Of a stretch of DNA of 53,659 bases, positions 13,101-23,306 are shown in pieces; position 1 is the first letter of the stretch, and each line of letters begins with the position of its first letter. The translations under genes and the position numbers were made by a program. This DNA comes from Ministeria vibrans ATCC 50519 (lineage: Eukaryota > Protista > Filasterea): NCBI GenBank assembly GCA_943704425.1, contig CALSCP010001092.1, forward strand, positions 1-53,659. Reading direction: 5' to 3'. The notes beneath the pieces are model-generated. The model searched no databases. It worked only from the letters and a program-made list of their open reading frames with translations, and was not told the origin of the DNA.

Positions 13101-13257
13101 CATCAACACTCGCGATAAACTTGAGAGCACACACTCGGGCAGTCACCACCGACCAAGTTCCGTCGTGGTGGAACTTGTGTCTGCGCAAGAATGCTTGAAG
13201 CTCATGTTTGCTTGCCGTGGAAGGATCCAGGGCTAAGATGTTGTCGAGGAGCGTCAT
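1192..13257 (-). CDS. Giant AAA+/P-loop NTPase-like protein A (~3,976 aa), uncharacterised
   Basis: Exons 13257-1974, 1896-1588, 1529-1192 (GT-AG, phase-consistent, 11,931 nt). First ATG is at 13257; the ORF-track start is TTG. Walker A GPPGVGKS (~3985-4008), Walker B LILDECH (~3826-3846), sensor-1-like VGNR, sensor-2-like LSWRFL. Many motifs shared with the gene at 35220-48804. Confidence 0.85.
1308..1426. repeat. 24-bp tandem repeat x5 encoding (STDAEQAP)n in the last exon of giant gene A
   Basis: Unit GAGCCTGCTCGGCG[A/T]CAGTGGAAG repeated head-to-tail with no spacers. Confidence 0.95.
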
Positions 13258-13679
13258 TTGTACGAAATGTACACTGCGCACCAATATTGCTCCACCGTTG
13301 TCCAGCCGCGGCGGAAAACAAAGCGAAGACTAGCGAAGAAAAAGGGCTGCACAAAAGAGAGCATATTAGTCAAAATCTGCCCAACTCACCCAACAGTCAA
13401 CAGAGCATAGAAGGTGTAGGGGGCTGAAGAGACGCTCGCCCAAACTCGAGACAACACCCCTCGGCCGGAAAAAAAAAACCAAGCAAGCAGGGGGAAATTA
13501 TAGAGAAATTATAGCGAACGGGAAGCTTCAAAAACGAATCTGTTTAAGACGATGGATATAACAGGTGCGGTACATCTTTAGACCGTTTACAGCCCCTCAC
13601 GTCCCCCTGTCTTTTCAGCGGCATTTCGTCTCTCTGATCAAAAAGAGATTGCGTTTTTTTTTTTTTTTTTTTTTTTTGG

Positions 13680-13687
13680 NNNNNNNN
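13680..13687. other. Assembly gap (8 N), flanked by poly-T and GA-rich repeats
   Basis: N bases in the sequence; the 5' part of NCBP1 is missing here. Confidence 0.99.
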
Positions 13688-13783
13688 ATAGAGAGAGAGA
13701 CAAAGTGATAGAGAGAGAGACAAAGTGATAGAGAGAGAGAATGTATATATATTATGTGGCTGTTAATGTCTGTCGACGTTTAG

Positions 13784-14362
13784 ACTCAACACAAGCACGA
13801 AGCGACTACTATGTCTACCTTGTGGCCCAGTCGCTGCCATGGGTTGGAAGTGAGCTGACTAAGCGCCACCGAGGCGACTTTCAAAAAGTCTTGGATGACA
13901 TTAGTGAGTACCTGAGCACACGCGATGTCGCAGAGCAGCTCACGGCGTTGCGCGTCTGGAGTGATGAAGCAACTACCGAAACCTCTGACGACCTTGCCCC
14001 ACCACCACCACCACCATCGACGACAGAGCAAGGAGGCTCATCCGCAGCAACAGAAGACGCAGCGCGGCTGTTTGCACAGTCACCTCCCACACAACACGAA
14101 GGACTCACTCACCTGTGGACTCAGCTCAACTCAATGCGTCTCGACGACTGGCACGAGCAGGCGCTCTTCCGTCCCTATCGTGACTTTGAACGGCGCCTGT
14201 GCGATGCCCTCCCGCACGGTCTGCCCCGTCTTACTGTCCCACGCGTCACCATCTCCCTCGCACACTACCCAGTCCCGCGCGTCGTTTTCCGTCTCTTTGA
14301 CGATACATACTGTGCCAGAGTAAGCCTCGCAAATAGAGAAAGAGGGTGTGTGTGTGTGTATG

Positions 14363-14399
<37 letters not shown>

Positions 14400-16608
14400 T
14401 TGTCTCGTGTGTATTGACCAGGGTTTCTTGCATAGCTGTCGCGCATTCCTCCTTCGTCGAGCATTGACCGGTACATCTATGAGGAGATTCTTCGCGATAT
14501 GCTCGTGATGTACGAGAAGAGCCGCGATGTAAGTGTGTCCTCGGGGGGTGTGTATGGGTGTGTTGTACTGATATGTGCAATGTGCGTCTCGTTTTGTCTG
14601 TGTGCGTATGTTTAGGACTGTGTGCGTCACATTCTGTCCTTTCCCGAGTCACACACATTCCCTCTCGCGTCCATTGCATTGGAAGTCATCTTTGGCGAAA
14701 TACTGCGCCTTCCTCAGGCGTCCCATCCTCCCCTCTACTACACAATGGTACGCGTCACCCTACACACCAAGCACCTACACGTACTTCACCACTCATTTTC
14801 AACTCGGTCTGTCTCTCGCCAACCACTCACCGCTAGGTCCTTGTTGATCTGGCGCGGCAACTCCCGGCCCTTCCGCCCCTGATGCACGACGTCCTGATGA
14901 TTTTGTTCCACCGTCTGCCCCACATGGACCTCGCATGCATCGACCGCACGACCGATGCTCTTTCCATCTACCTCAGCAACACTGCCTTTGTCTTTCCGTC
15001 CCAGTCCCTCTTTGCTCAGTGGGCGCCTTTTCTCGACCATGGCGATGTGGAAGACCTCGAACCAACTCCCTATGTCTATTGGTTCAGAGAGCTCCTCGAC
15101 AAGTCTGTTCGGTATCACTTACTCACTCACTCACTCACACACACACTCACACTCACACTCGATTACTATAGTCTGTCGTACATCGACAAGATTCAGTTGA
15201 TGGTTCCCGAAGACCTGCACCATCTGATGCCTGTGGCCCCTGAGCCCCACTACCGATACGCAGTTGGCTCTCTCGACTCCCTTAGCCCGCGCGCCCGTCA
15301 ACTCGTCGAGCTTTATTCGCAGAAGGCTGAGCCCCAGCGCATTCTTGACTGCCTTGCGTCGCCCGTCTCTGCGTCTTCCTCGCGCGCTCCCTCACCCGCA
15401 AACCAACTCACCGTCTTTTACTTGTCGCTCCTTTCACTCGCCTCAAAGACAGTCACACACCTCTCAGTCGTCTTTGATCGGTATAATTCCAATATTATAA
15501 ATTTTAGTTTTACTCACTGGAACACACACGCACACACAATAATAATTATAATTATAATATTATAATTATAATAATTATTATATATATGCGCACACTTACA
15601 CGCTACTTCACTGACTTGCTGGCTTAGGTACGAGGAAGTGTTTACTACACTCGGCGCACACAAGACGCTTCTAGTGCCATTGACACATGAGTACTTTGCG
15701 GAGCAGCCGACAATGCTCACCACGACACTGCAGCAGCTACGCTTGCGCGGCTTTGTGGATCCGTCGTGTGTTGTCGAGTGGGTGTTCTCGCATGCGACGC
15801 TGACCAGCTACTTCCGGAGCTATGTGTGGGCGGTGCTGGATGATGTGCTTGCTGAACTGGTGGCGCATGCGACGCAGGTGGATGAGCAGGTGGCACGGCT
15901 GTCGCGCGAGCACACGCTGCACACGGTGGGACGCGAGCGAGAGCGCGATGAGGCGCGCGAAGACCGCGAAGGGCTGATGGACCAGCTTAAACAACTCGAC
16001 GAGAAAGCTGCAGCGAGCGCCAACGAGCCGTCCGAGGAGGATTCAGAGGGTGATGCTGTGCATGACGACGATGGTGCGTCTGCGCGAGCACAGGCCAACG
16101 AGATTCGCGACGCACTGGCAAACACCGCTGAACGTCTGGCGGAAATGGAGCGGGAAAGCTCGGCCGAGGAAGAGCGCATTGCGCAGCTCAAGAACGACTC
16201 GGTTGCTTCTGTCAGAATCATCAAAGAGACGTTTCTTATTGTCTTTCAGGTACCGTCTTGGGCAAAGAGACCGAGACAGAGTGAGATTGTCTGATTTTGT
16301 ATGCTGTCATCTTAGCGAGTTGTGATGTTGTTTATGCAAGAGAACCAAGACATGTCACCCGAGTGGAGCCGCCTTGTCCTCTCGCGTCTGTTGCATCTCG
16401 GCCGAACTGTACAGAGATAGAGAGAGACAGAGAGAGACAGTATGTGTGTGTGTGTCTGCTCACTGACTCACTCTCCTCTTTCACATTCTCGTAGTACCAC
16501 ACACACATTGCTGCGTTTCTGCGCTCCCTTGAGAATGTCGTGTTCACTCCCGCTGTCGATGACCGTCTCATTTCTGTCTTTAAACTTTTCCGTTCACTCC
16601 ACCAGTAA
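13784..16608 (+). CDS. NCBP1: Nuclear cap-binding protein subunit 1 (CBP80), 5'-partial, multi-exon
   Basis: Motifs matching CBP80 across exons: RSDYYVYLVAQSLPWVGSEL, YPVPRVVFRLFD, IDRYIYEE, EVIFGEILRLPQASHPPLYY, CIDR..LSN, SKTVTH, IIKETFLIVFQ, C-terminal SLENVVFTPAVDDRLISVF; stop at 16606-16608. Confidence 0.93.
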
Positions 16609-16757
16609 AAAACTGGAGTGTCACTTGGGTTTTGGTTTCTCTTGGGTTTTGTTTTTCTGTTGCGCACAATCAATACAGAATCTTTCTCTCTCTCTTCTCT
16701 CTCAGTCTCCTTCTCTGTCCCCTCTCTCCCTCTCTTGCTCGTTTCTCTCACTCCCTC

Positions 16758-17508
16758 TCAGGCTGTAAACTGTGAAATAAGTTGCTCCTGCTCACGTTTG
16801 GCGCGCTGCAGTGCCTCAAATTGAATGGAGAGTCGCGCAAGCTCCGTTTCCTTCTCTGCAATGACCGTCCGCAATTGCTGCCCTTCCGCCTCTCGTTGCT
16901 TTGCCAACGTCTTGATGAGATTTCGCGCTCCAAGTGCCTATAAACAAGTGGAGTGTGTAGGGGAAGGGTCAGATGTGCTTGTGCATATGCGCGCCCCTCT
17001 CCTCGCTACCTTCATCTTCTCGCGGTTGACGATCTCTGCAAGTTGCTCTTGCGTCTGCACAAAGGTGCCTGTCACTTTGTGAAACTGATCGACACCTGTC
17101 GACAAAAACACAATATGAAAACGCACAGGAGCTTTCGCAGCATGCATGCATGTGTATGTAAGTCGTACGTTCAATGAAATCGCGGCATTCGTCCCGGAGA
17201 TTCTCTGTTTCTGTGTGCGCTTCAACCTGCGCCAACAACCGTTCAATATATGAAGTATCATCCAAGACTGTTCCTTCGACTCCAACTTACATCCATCACC
17301 CGAATTCGACTAAGCTCATCAAACGATATCCCTGCAGACAAAGATAACACCAACAGCACCAACACCAAGAGCCTCAGTGAATTTTCAAAAGTTCATAGCA
17401 ATGTCATAGCAACGAAATAAAAGATGATAAAAAAATAAAAATAAACAGGCACGAACCTTGCGGGGCGCTAATGTGTTGGCGACTACTGATTTCCTGAATG
17501 GTAGCCAT
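16758..17508 (-). CDS. IFT20: Intraflagellar transport protein 20 (5 exons)
   Basis: Exons 17508-17457, 17331-17291, 17226-17169, 17095-17010, 16937-16758 splice to ...GISFDELSRIRVMD-VEAHTETENLRDECRDFIER-VDQFHKVTG...NREKMK-ALGARNLIKTLAKQREAE...EQEQLISQFTA*, matching IFT20 (FDEL.KLRVLD, ECKDF, EKMKAIGARNL). Not represented as one ORF in the track. Confidence 0.93.
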
Positions 17509-17610
17509 ATTGACAAATAAAAACTAATTATTGGCATTTCGATAAAAAAGAAAAACTTATTTCTTGTGATTCATTTCCTTCTGACCTTCTCTGGACCATC
17601 GGTTTTCTTA
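17509..17610. promoter_or_regulatory. Putative bidirectional promoter between IFT20 and GMPS
   Basis: Only 102 bp of AT-rich DNA between the two divergent predicted ATGs. Confidence 0.5.
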
Positions 17611-18143
17611 ATGAGTCAGGCCCCTCGTGAAGTTGTTGCCATTCTGGACGCAGGCGCTCAGTATGGCAAAGTGATTGATCGCAAAGTGCGCGAGCTCAAG
17701 GTCGAAACAGACCTCCTGCCGCTTGAAACACCCGCCGAGACACTTCGCCAGGGCAACTACCGGTACCCACACGGTTGATCGCATTCCTTCCATCGCTGTA
17801 CTCCCCGTTTTTGCGCCAACTCATCCCAAAACGTGACATTTTCAATCGCGTCGCTCTCTCTCTCTCTCTCTCTCCTTCCTCTCCCCTTCTCTCTCGCTCC
17901 TGCTTCGCACTGACACGCTCCCCTTGCGATGCGGCAGAGGCATTATCATTTCGGGCGGACCCAACAGTGTGTACTCCGCCGATGCGCCGCAGTACGACGC
18001 GGCCTTTCTCGACCTGGGAATCCCCATCTTTGGCATCTGCTACGGAATGCAGCTGTGCAATCTTCACTTTGGGGGCACCGTCCTGCGGAAGGACGCGCGA
18101 GAGGACGGACAGGTACGCGCGAGAGAGAAACAGAGAGACAAAG

Positions 18144-18233
<90 letters not shown>

Positions 18234-18662
18234 AAGAAACAAAGTAATAGAGAGAGAGAGAAGAGACACAAGAGAGTGTGAACATGACATTGCCTTATAG
18301 GACGATGTCACCGTGGATCCTGAGAGCGCTTTGTTCCAGGGCATGGAATCACGACAGACAGTGCTGCTGACTCATGGAGATTCTGTGGGCAATGTGGCGC
18401 CGGGATTTCGTGCAACGGCGCATTCGGGGGAGATTGTCGCGGCGATTGAAGACGCACAACGCGCCATCTTCGGCGTTCAGTTTCATCCCGAAGTGGACCT
18501 CTCAGTCCACGGTCAGCAGATGTTTAGCAACTTCCTCTTTGGCGTGTGCAAGCTCAGTGGCACATTTACTATTGCCGATCGTGAAGAGGAGTGCCTCAAA
18601 GAAATTCGATCCATTGTCAAAGACAAGAAGGTGACAAAGACTCAAAACGAAAACAATATAAA

Positions 18663-18730
<68 letters not shown>

Positions 18731-20209
18731 TGTTTTGCCCTTTCAAGATTCTTGTGCTGGTGTCGGGGGGCGTTGACTCGAGCGTGTGTGCTGCGCTGGT
18801 GACGCGGGCAGTGGGTGCGGAGCGGGTGATTGCTCTGCACATTGACAATGGGTTTATGCGCGCGCGAGAGAGTGCGCTGGTACACGACTCGCTTGCCCCA
18901 CTTGGGCTCAACCTGCGCACCATTGATGCCAGTGCGGAGTTTTACAATGGTGTGACGCAGATCAAGCGACGTGATGGGACGCAGTACAGTGCAGGGCCGC
19001 TCAAGGAGGTGGTGTCGCCCGAAGACAAGCGCAAAATCATTGGCGACACATTTATGCGGGTCACCGAGACTCAAACCAACGCTTTGAATCTGCGCGCCGA
19101 GGATGTGTTTGTGGCGCAGGGCACACTGCGTCCGGATCTCATTGAGAGCGCATCTGCGCTGGCGAGTGGCAAGGCAGACGCTATCAAGACCCACCACAAC
19201 GACACGGAACTGGTGCGCGCACTGCGGGCGCAGGGCCGTGTCATTGAGCCGCTCAAGGACTATCACAAAGACGAAGTAAATTGTGCACTATTGTAGAGTG
19301 AGTCCTCTCAACAAAAATTTCTTTACTTGCTCTGCGGTTTAGGTGCGGGAACTGGGGAAGCTGTTGGGTCTTCCCGATGAGCTTGTGATGCGACAGCCGT
19401 TTCCGGGTCCTGGACTGGCAGTGCGAGTGCTGTGCACTGAGCGGCCCTATGTCACAGAGGAGTTTGACGCGACCAACGAGCGCATTGGACATCTGCTGGG
19501 GGGCGCTGAGGACGCAAGTGGAGAGGCGCTGGAGCGCATTAAAAGCGCGCTGGGGTCGCACGATACGTTGGAGGCGGTGCGTGAGGCAGGCAAAGGGCTG
19601 GTGGGGACGCTGCTGCCCGTGCAGACGGTGGGGGTACAGGGGGACGGCCGCACGTACAGCTATGTGTGCACTCTGGCACTGCGCGCCGACGACGGCTCTG
19701 CGTCGTGCATGCCGCACTGGCCCCACGTCATGTTGCTTGCCAAGCTCATTCCTAAGATCTGCCACAATGTCAATCGTGTGGCATTTATGTGGGGTGGCCA
19801 GGCGCGCCAGACGGGCGGTGCGGTGCGTCGCGTCACCGAGACCCACATGATTCCACCTGTGCTCGACCAGCTGCGCCAGGCCGACAGCGTTGTCAACGCA
19901 CTGCTCCTCAAACACAACCTTGTCACATCGTTGAGTCAGGTTCCCGTGGTGTCAGTGCCTGTTGATGTGGACAGCCAGGGCACCAGTCCCGACGGTGTCG
20001 ATCCCGAGATGACCGGTCTCCGCTGCATTGCCATCCGCACTTTCATTACCGCCGACTTTATGACTGGCGTGCCTGCCGTGCCCGGGCGTCAGATTCCCGA
20101 GGATGTCCTCGCCGCCATGGTGAGCGGTCTGCGCGAGTCGGTTCCGCGTCTCAGTCGCGTCCTCTATGATTGTACGTCGAAGCCTCCGGGCACAACAGAG
20201 TGGGAATGA
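17611..20209 (+). CDS. GMPS: GMP synthase (glutamine-hydrolysing), multi-exon
   Basis: [24 protein letters not shown] (catalytic Cys), [14 protein letters not shown] (PP-loop), [45 protein letters not shown]. Exons approx. 17611-17762, 17938-18112, 18301-18630, 18748-19275, 19343-20209. Confidence 0.98.
18146..18229. repeat. (GA)n microsatellite in a GMPS intron
   Basis: Perfect dinucleotide run. Confidence 0.97.
18666..18730. repeat. (TAA)n microsatellite in a GMPS intron
   Basis: Perfect trinucleotide run. Confidence 0.97.
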
Positions 20210-20809
20210 AAAACATCGTTGCTTGCTTGTCGTACACACTCCTATCCTCCAACTGAATAACACTTTCTAAACTCCTACTCTGGCAACTTGCCGACTAAAA
20301 GAAAGAAAGAAGACTAATAATGCATAATAATAGTTTTAAATTTTACGATTTCTGGATCAACGCTGAAGAAATGATTAAAAAATGCCGACCAACCAACCAA
20401 CTGATCAGTCTGAGGAAGAAACACGGAAGAAAGACACAAACAAACTCGCCTGCTCACGCTCTCCGCCGGAAAAGCGTATGAAGCAGCGCCTCATCCAACT
20501 ACCAGCCCTCTTCCTTGTCCCTCCCTTGTTCCCTTATCCTTAGGTTCCGCTACGATTGATGCTGTCAGCAAAAGAAAACAAACGCGCAATTCGCACTTTT
20601 CCACCTTCCAAGTGCCACTAAAACGGCATGGGGCCAACAGAGGTAGACTGCAATGACTGTTCTACAATTTCTGTTTGCATGGCAACGGTTAAAAGGACTT
20701 TTCGTTTTCGGTTTCGTCAGCAAAGAATAAAAAAAATTATTCAATGCGAATTTCTTCTCATTCAGATTTTCAGATTTTTTCAACAACAACAACGAACAAC
20801 TACGACAAC

Positions 20810-23116
20810 ATGGCTGATAGGTAATCAAGTGAGCATGGGCGCGCTTGGCCAATGCACAACTCTCATTGGAGTGGTTTGCATCGCTTTCGCTTTTTGGCGC
20901 CAACACACTCCGTTTCTCGCCAGACGCCCTTCAACCGCGTCCGCTTCCCCTCCCCCATGGATGTGTGGGGTGTGTGTGTGTTGCTGGGCCAAGAACATTG
21001 GGGATTTGAAGGCGTCTTCATGGCGAACGTGCGGCCACGTGGAAATAATTGATCTTTTTGTTGTCATTTGCCTTGTCCCCACGCGAAGTGTCCCTCGCAC
21101 TCGTCCCGGGCTTCTCGCGCCTCCCTTGTGCGCCCCACACTGTCTTCTGGGGTATTCCAACTCACTGTGCTCCACGCGCATGTGGCTCGCGCGCTCTCTG
21201 CAGTGACACAAGCGTCAAGTGTTGAGGAAAAAAAAAAAAAATCGTTTTACCCTCATGTTCGCCTTAGTCAGCACCTCCACCTCCCTCCCCATACGTGCAG
21301 CACGCTGTTGCATTGCCCCTGGCCCGTCTGGCCGTGACGCCATGCTCTTTGGACAGTCATTTCATCGACTTTATTTATTAACGCAAATCGCCTCCTCTTC
21401 TCTTAGTCAGTACAAGGAGCCCGATTCGGGAGTGGCCGGTATGGAGCCGGAGGGAGAGATTGAGGTAGGTTGAGATAGAAAGAGAAACCTCTCGAGTCTT
21501 TTTTTTTTTTTTTGTTGTTTTATTTTGATGAGACTATCAAAAATTATTATACTAACGTTTTTTTGTTTTGTTTTTTCCTTCTTTTTCTCTCTCTCCTCTG
21601 TAATCGTCAGTCCAACTGGGACCAGGTCGTCGACAACTTCGACGACATGAAGCTGCGGGACGAGCTTCTGCGCGGCATCTACGCGTATGGTTTCGAGAAG
21701 CCGTCGGCGATCCAGCAGCGGGCCATCCTGCCGTGCATCAAGGGGCGCGACGTGATCGCACAGGCGCAGTCGGGCACGGGCAAGACGGCCACCTTCAGCA
21801 TTGCCATCCTCCAGCAGATTGACGTCGACCTGCGCAAGACGCAAGCACTCATTCTGGCGCCCACACGTGAGCTCGCTCAGCAGATTCAGAAGGTTGTCAT
21901 CGCTCTCGGTGACTACATGCACGCTCAGGTACAAAAAAAACACCCTCCTATTTCATTGTTTTTTAATTGTCGTGTGTGCGAAATGACGAAAATCTCTTCT
22001 TATCCGGATGAAAAAATGCCGAAACAAACCCATTTGAATTTAAGCTCAACAGATCTGATCGCCCCATTTACATAATAATTTGTTTTTTTGTGTGTGTGTT
22101 TCTGTCTCTCTCTGTTAATCACTGACTCTCTCTATCTCTCTCTGTCTCTGAAGTGCCACGCGTGCATTGGCGGCACTAACGTGCGTGACGACATCCGCAA
22201 GCTGGAGAGCGGTGTGCACATTGTGGTGGGCACGCCCGGCCGTGTGTTTGACATGATCAGCCACCGCCGCGCACTCATCACCGACGACATCAAGATGTTT
22301 GTGCTCGATGAGGCCGACGAGATGCTCTCGCGCGGATTCAAGGACCAGATCTACGATGTGTTCCAGCTTATGCCTCACACCATCCAGGTCATCCTGCTCT
22401 CGGCGACCATGCCCGCCGAGGTCCTCGATGTCACCAAGCGCTTTATGCGCGAGCCCATTCGCATTCTCGTCAAGAAGGAGGAGCTTACCCTCGAAGGTAT
22501 CAAGCAGTTCTACGTCGCTGTCGACCGTGAGGAGTGGAAGCTCGACACTCTTTGCGATCTCTACGAGACGCTCACCATCACACAGGCCGTCATCTTCTGC
22601 AACACCCGCCGTAAGGTCGACTGGCTCACCGACAAGATGCACCAGGTACAGATATGTCTTTCGCCAAAACCCCTTTTTTTTTGTCTGACCTCCCCTTCTT
22701 GCGTATTAGCGTGACTTTACCGTCTCGGCGATGCACGGTGACATGGACCAGAAGGAGCGCGATGTCATCATGAAGGAGTTCCGCACAGGCTCGTCGCGTG
22801 TCCTCATCACGACCGACCTTCTTGCGCGTGGTATTGACGTCCAGCAGGTCTCGCTCGTCATCAACTACGATCTGCCGGGCAACAGAGAAAACTACATTCA
22901 CCGTATTGGTCGCGGCGGTCGCTTTGGCCGCAAGGGTGTCGCCATCAACTTCATTTCCCAGGACGATGTCCATGCTCTCCGCGAGATTGAAGTCTTCTAC
23001 AGTAATCATTAATCCATCACACAAACAGATAAAGACTCATCTGTGTTGTTTTTTGTTTTTTTTTTCTAGACACTGTCATTGAGGAAATGCCCATGAACGT
23101 GGCCGATCTCATCTGA
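20810..23116 (+). CDS. EIF4A: Eukaryotic initiation factor 4A (DEAD-box helicase), 6 exons
   Basis: [64 protein letters not shown]-terminal [12 protein letters not shown]. Exons approx. 20810-20820, 21407-21464, 21611-21928, 22154-22645, 22710-23001, 23070-23116. Confidence 0.98.
21978..22062 (+). ncRNA. Candidate intronic box C/D snoRNA in eIF4A intron 3
   Basis: Terminal stem GCGA/TCGC; box C-like ATGACGA (21983-21989); D'/C'-like ATGA and ATGCCGA; box D CTGA (22055-22058). The segment 22040-22052 (TTAAGCTCAACAG) is complementary to the conserved LSU rRNA sequence CUGUUGAGCUUGA. Confidence 0.75.
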
Positions 23117-23306
23117 TCTTGTCCATTGCAACTGGAGATGAAAGAGAGAGCTAATGCGAAGAGAGCGATGTGGGACTATAATACACTGAACAGAACTATG
23201 TGAAGAAGAGAAAATTAAAAGACGATAATGTTTTTTGGACGATTATACGTGTGACTGCAACAGATTACGAACTCAAAAAATAACTCATTTTTTGACACAC
23301 ATATAT

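Noticed and set aside
1982-13198. Numerous antisense and alternate-frame ORFs overlapping the giant genes (also within 35154-48810)
   Set aside because: Expected shadow ORFs of long GC-rich coding sequence; no recognisable motifs.
1192-13257. Dynein heavy chain, RNF213, or a retroelement/viral polyprotein
   Set aside because: No GPAGTGKT-type dynein motifs, RING, reverse transcriptase, integrase, polymerase or capsid motifs recognised; no terminal repeats seen.
13688-13740. 20-bp duplication ATAGAGAGAGAGACAAAGTG next to the gap
   Set aside because: Low-complexity intronic sequence at a contig edge; possibly an assembly artefact.
21160-21215. H/ACA snoRNA-like hairpin (TCACTG...CAGTGA followed by ACA) in eIF4A intron 1
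   Set aside because: No upstream ANANNA H box and no convincing rRNA target by eye.
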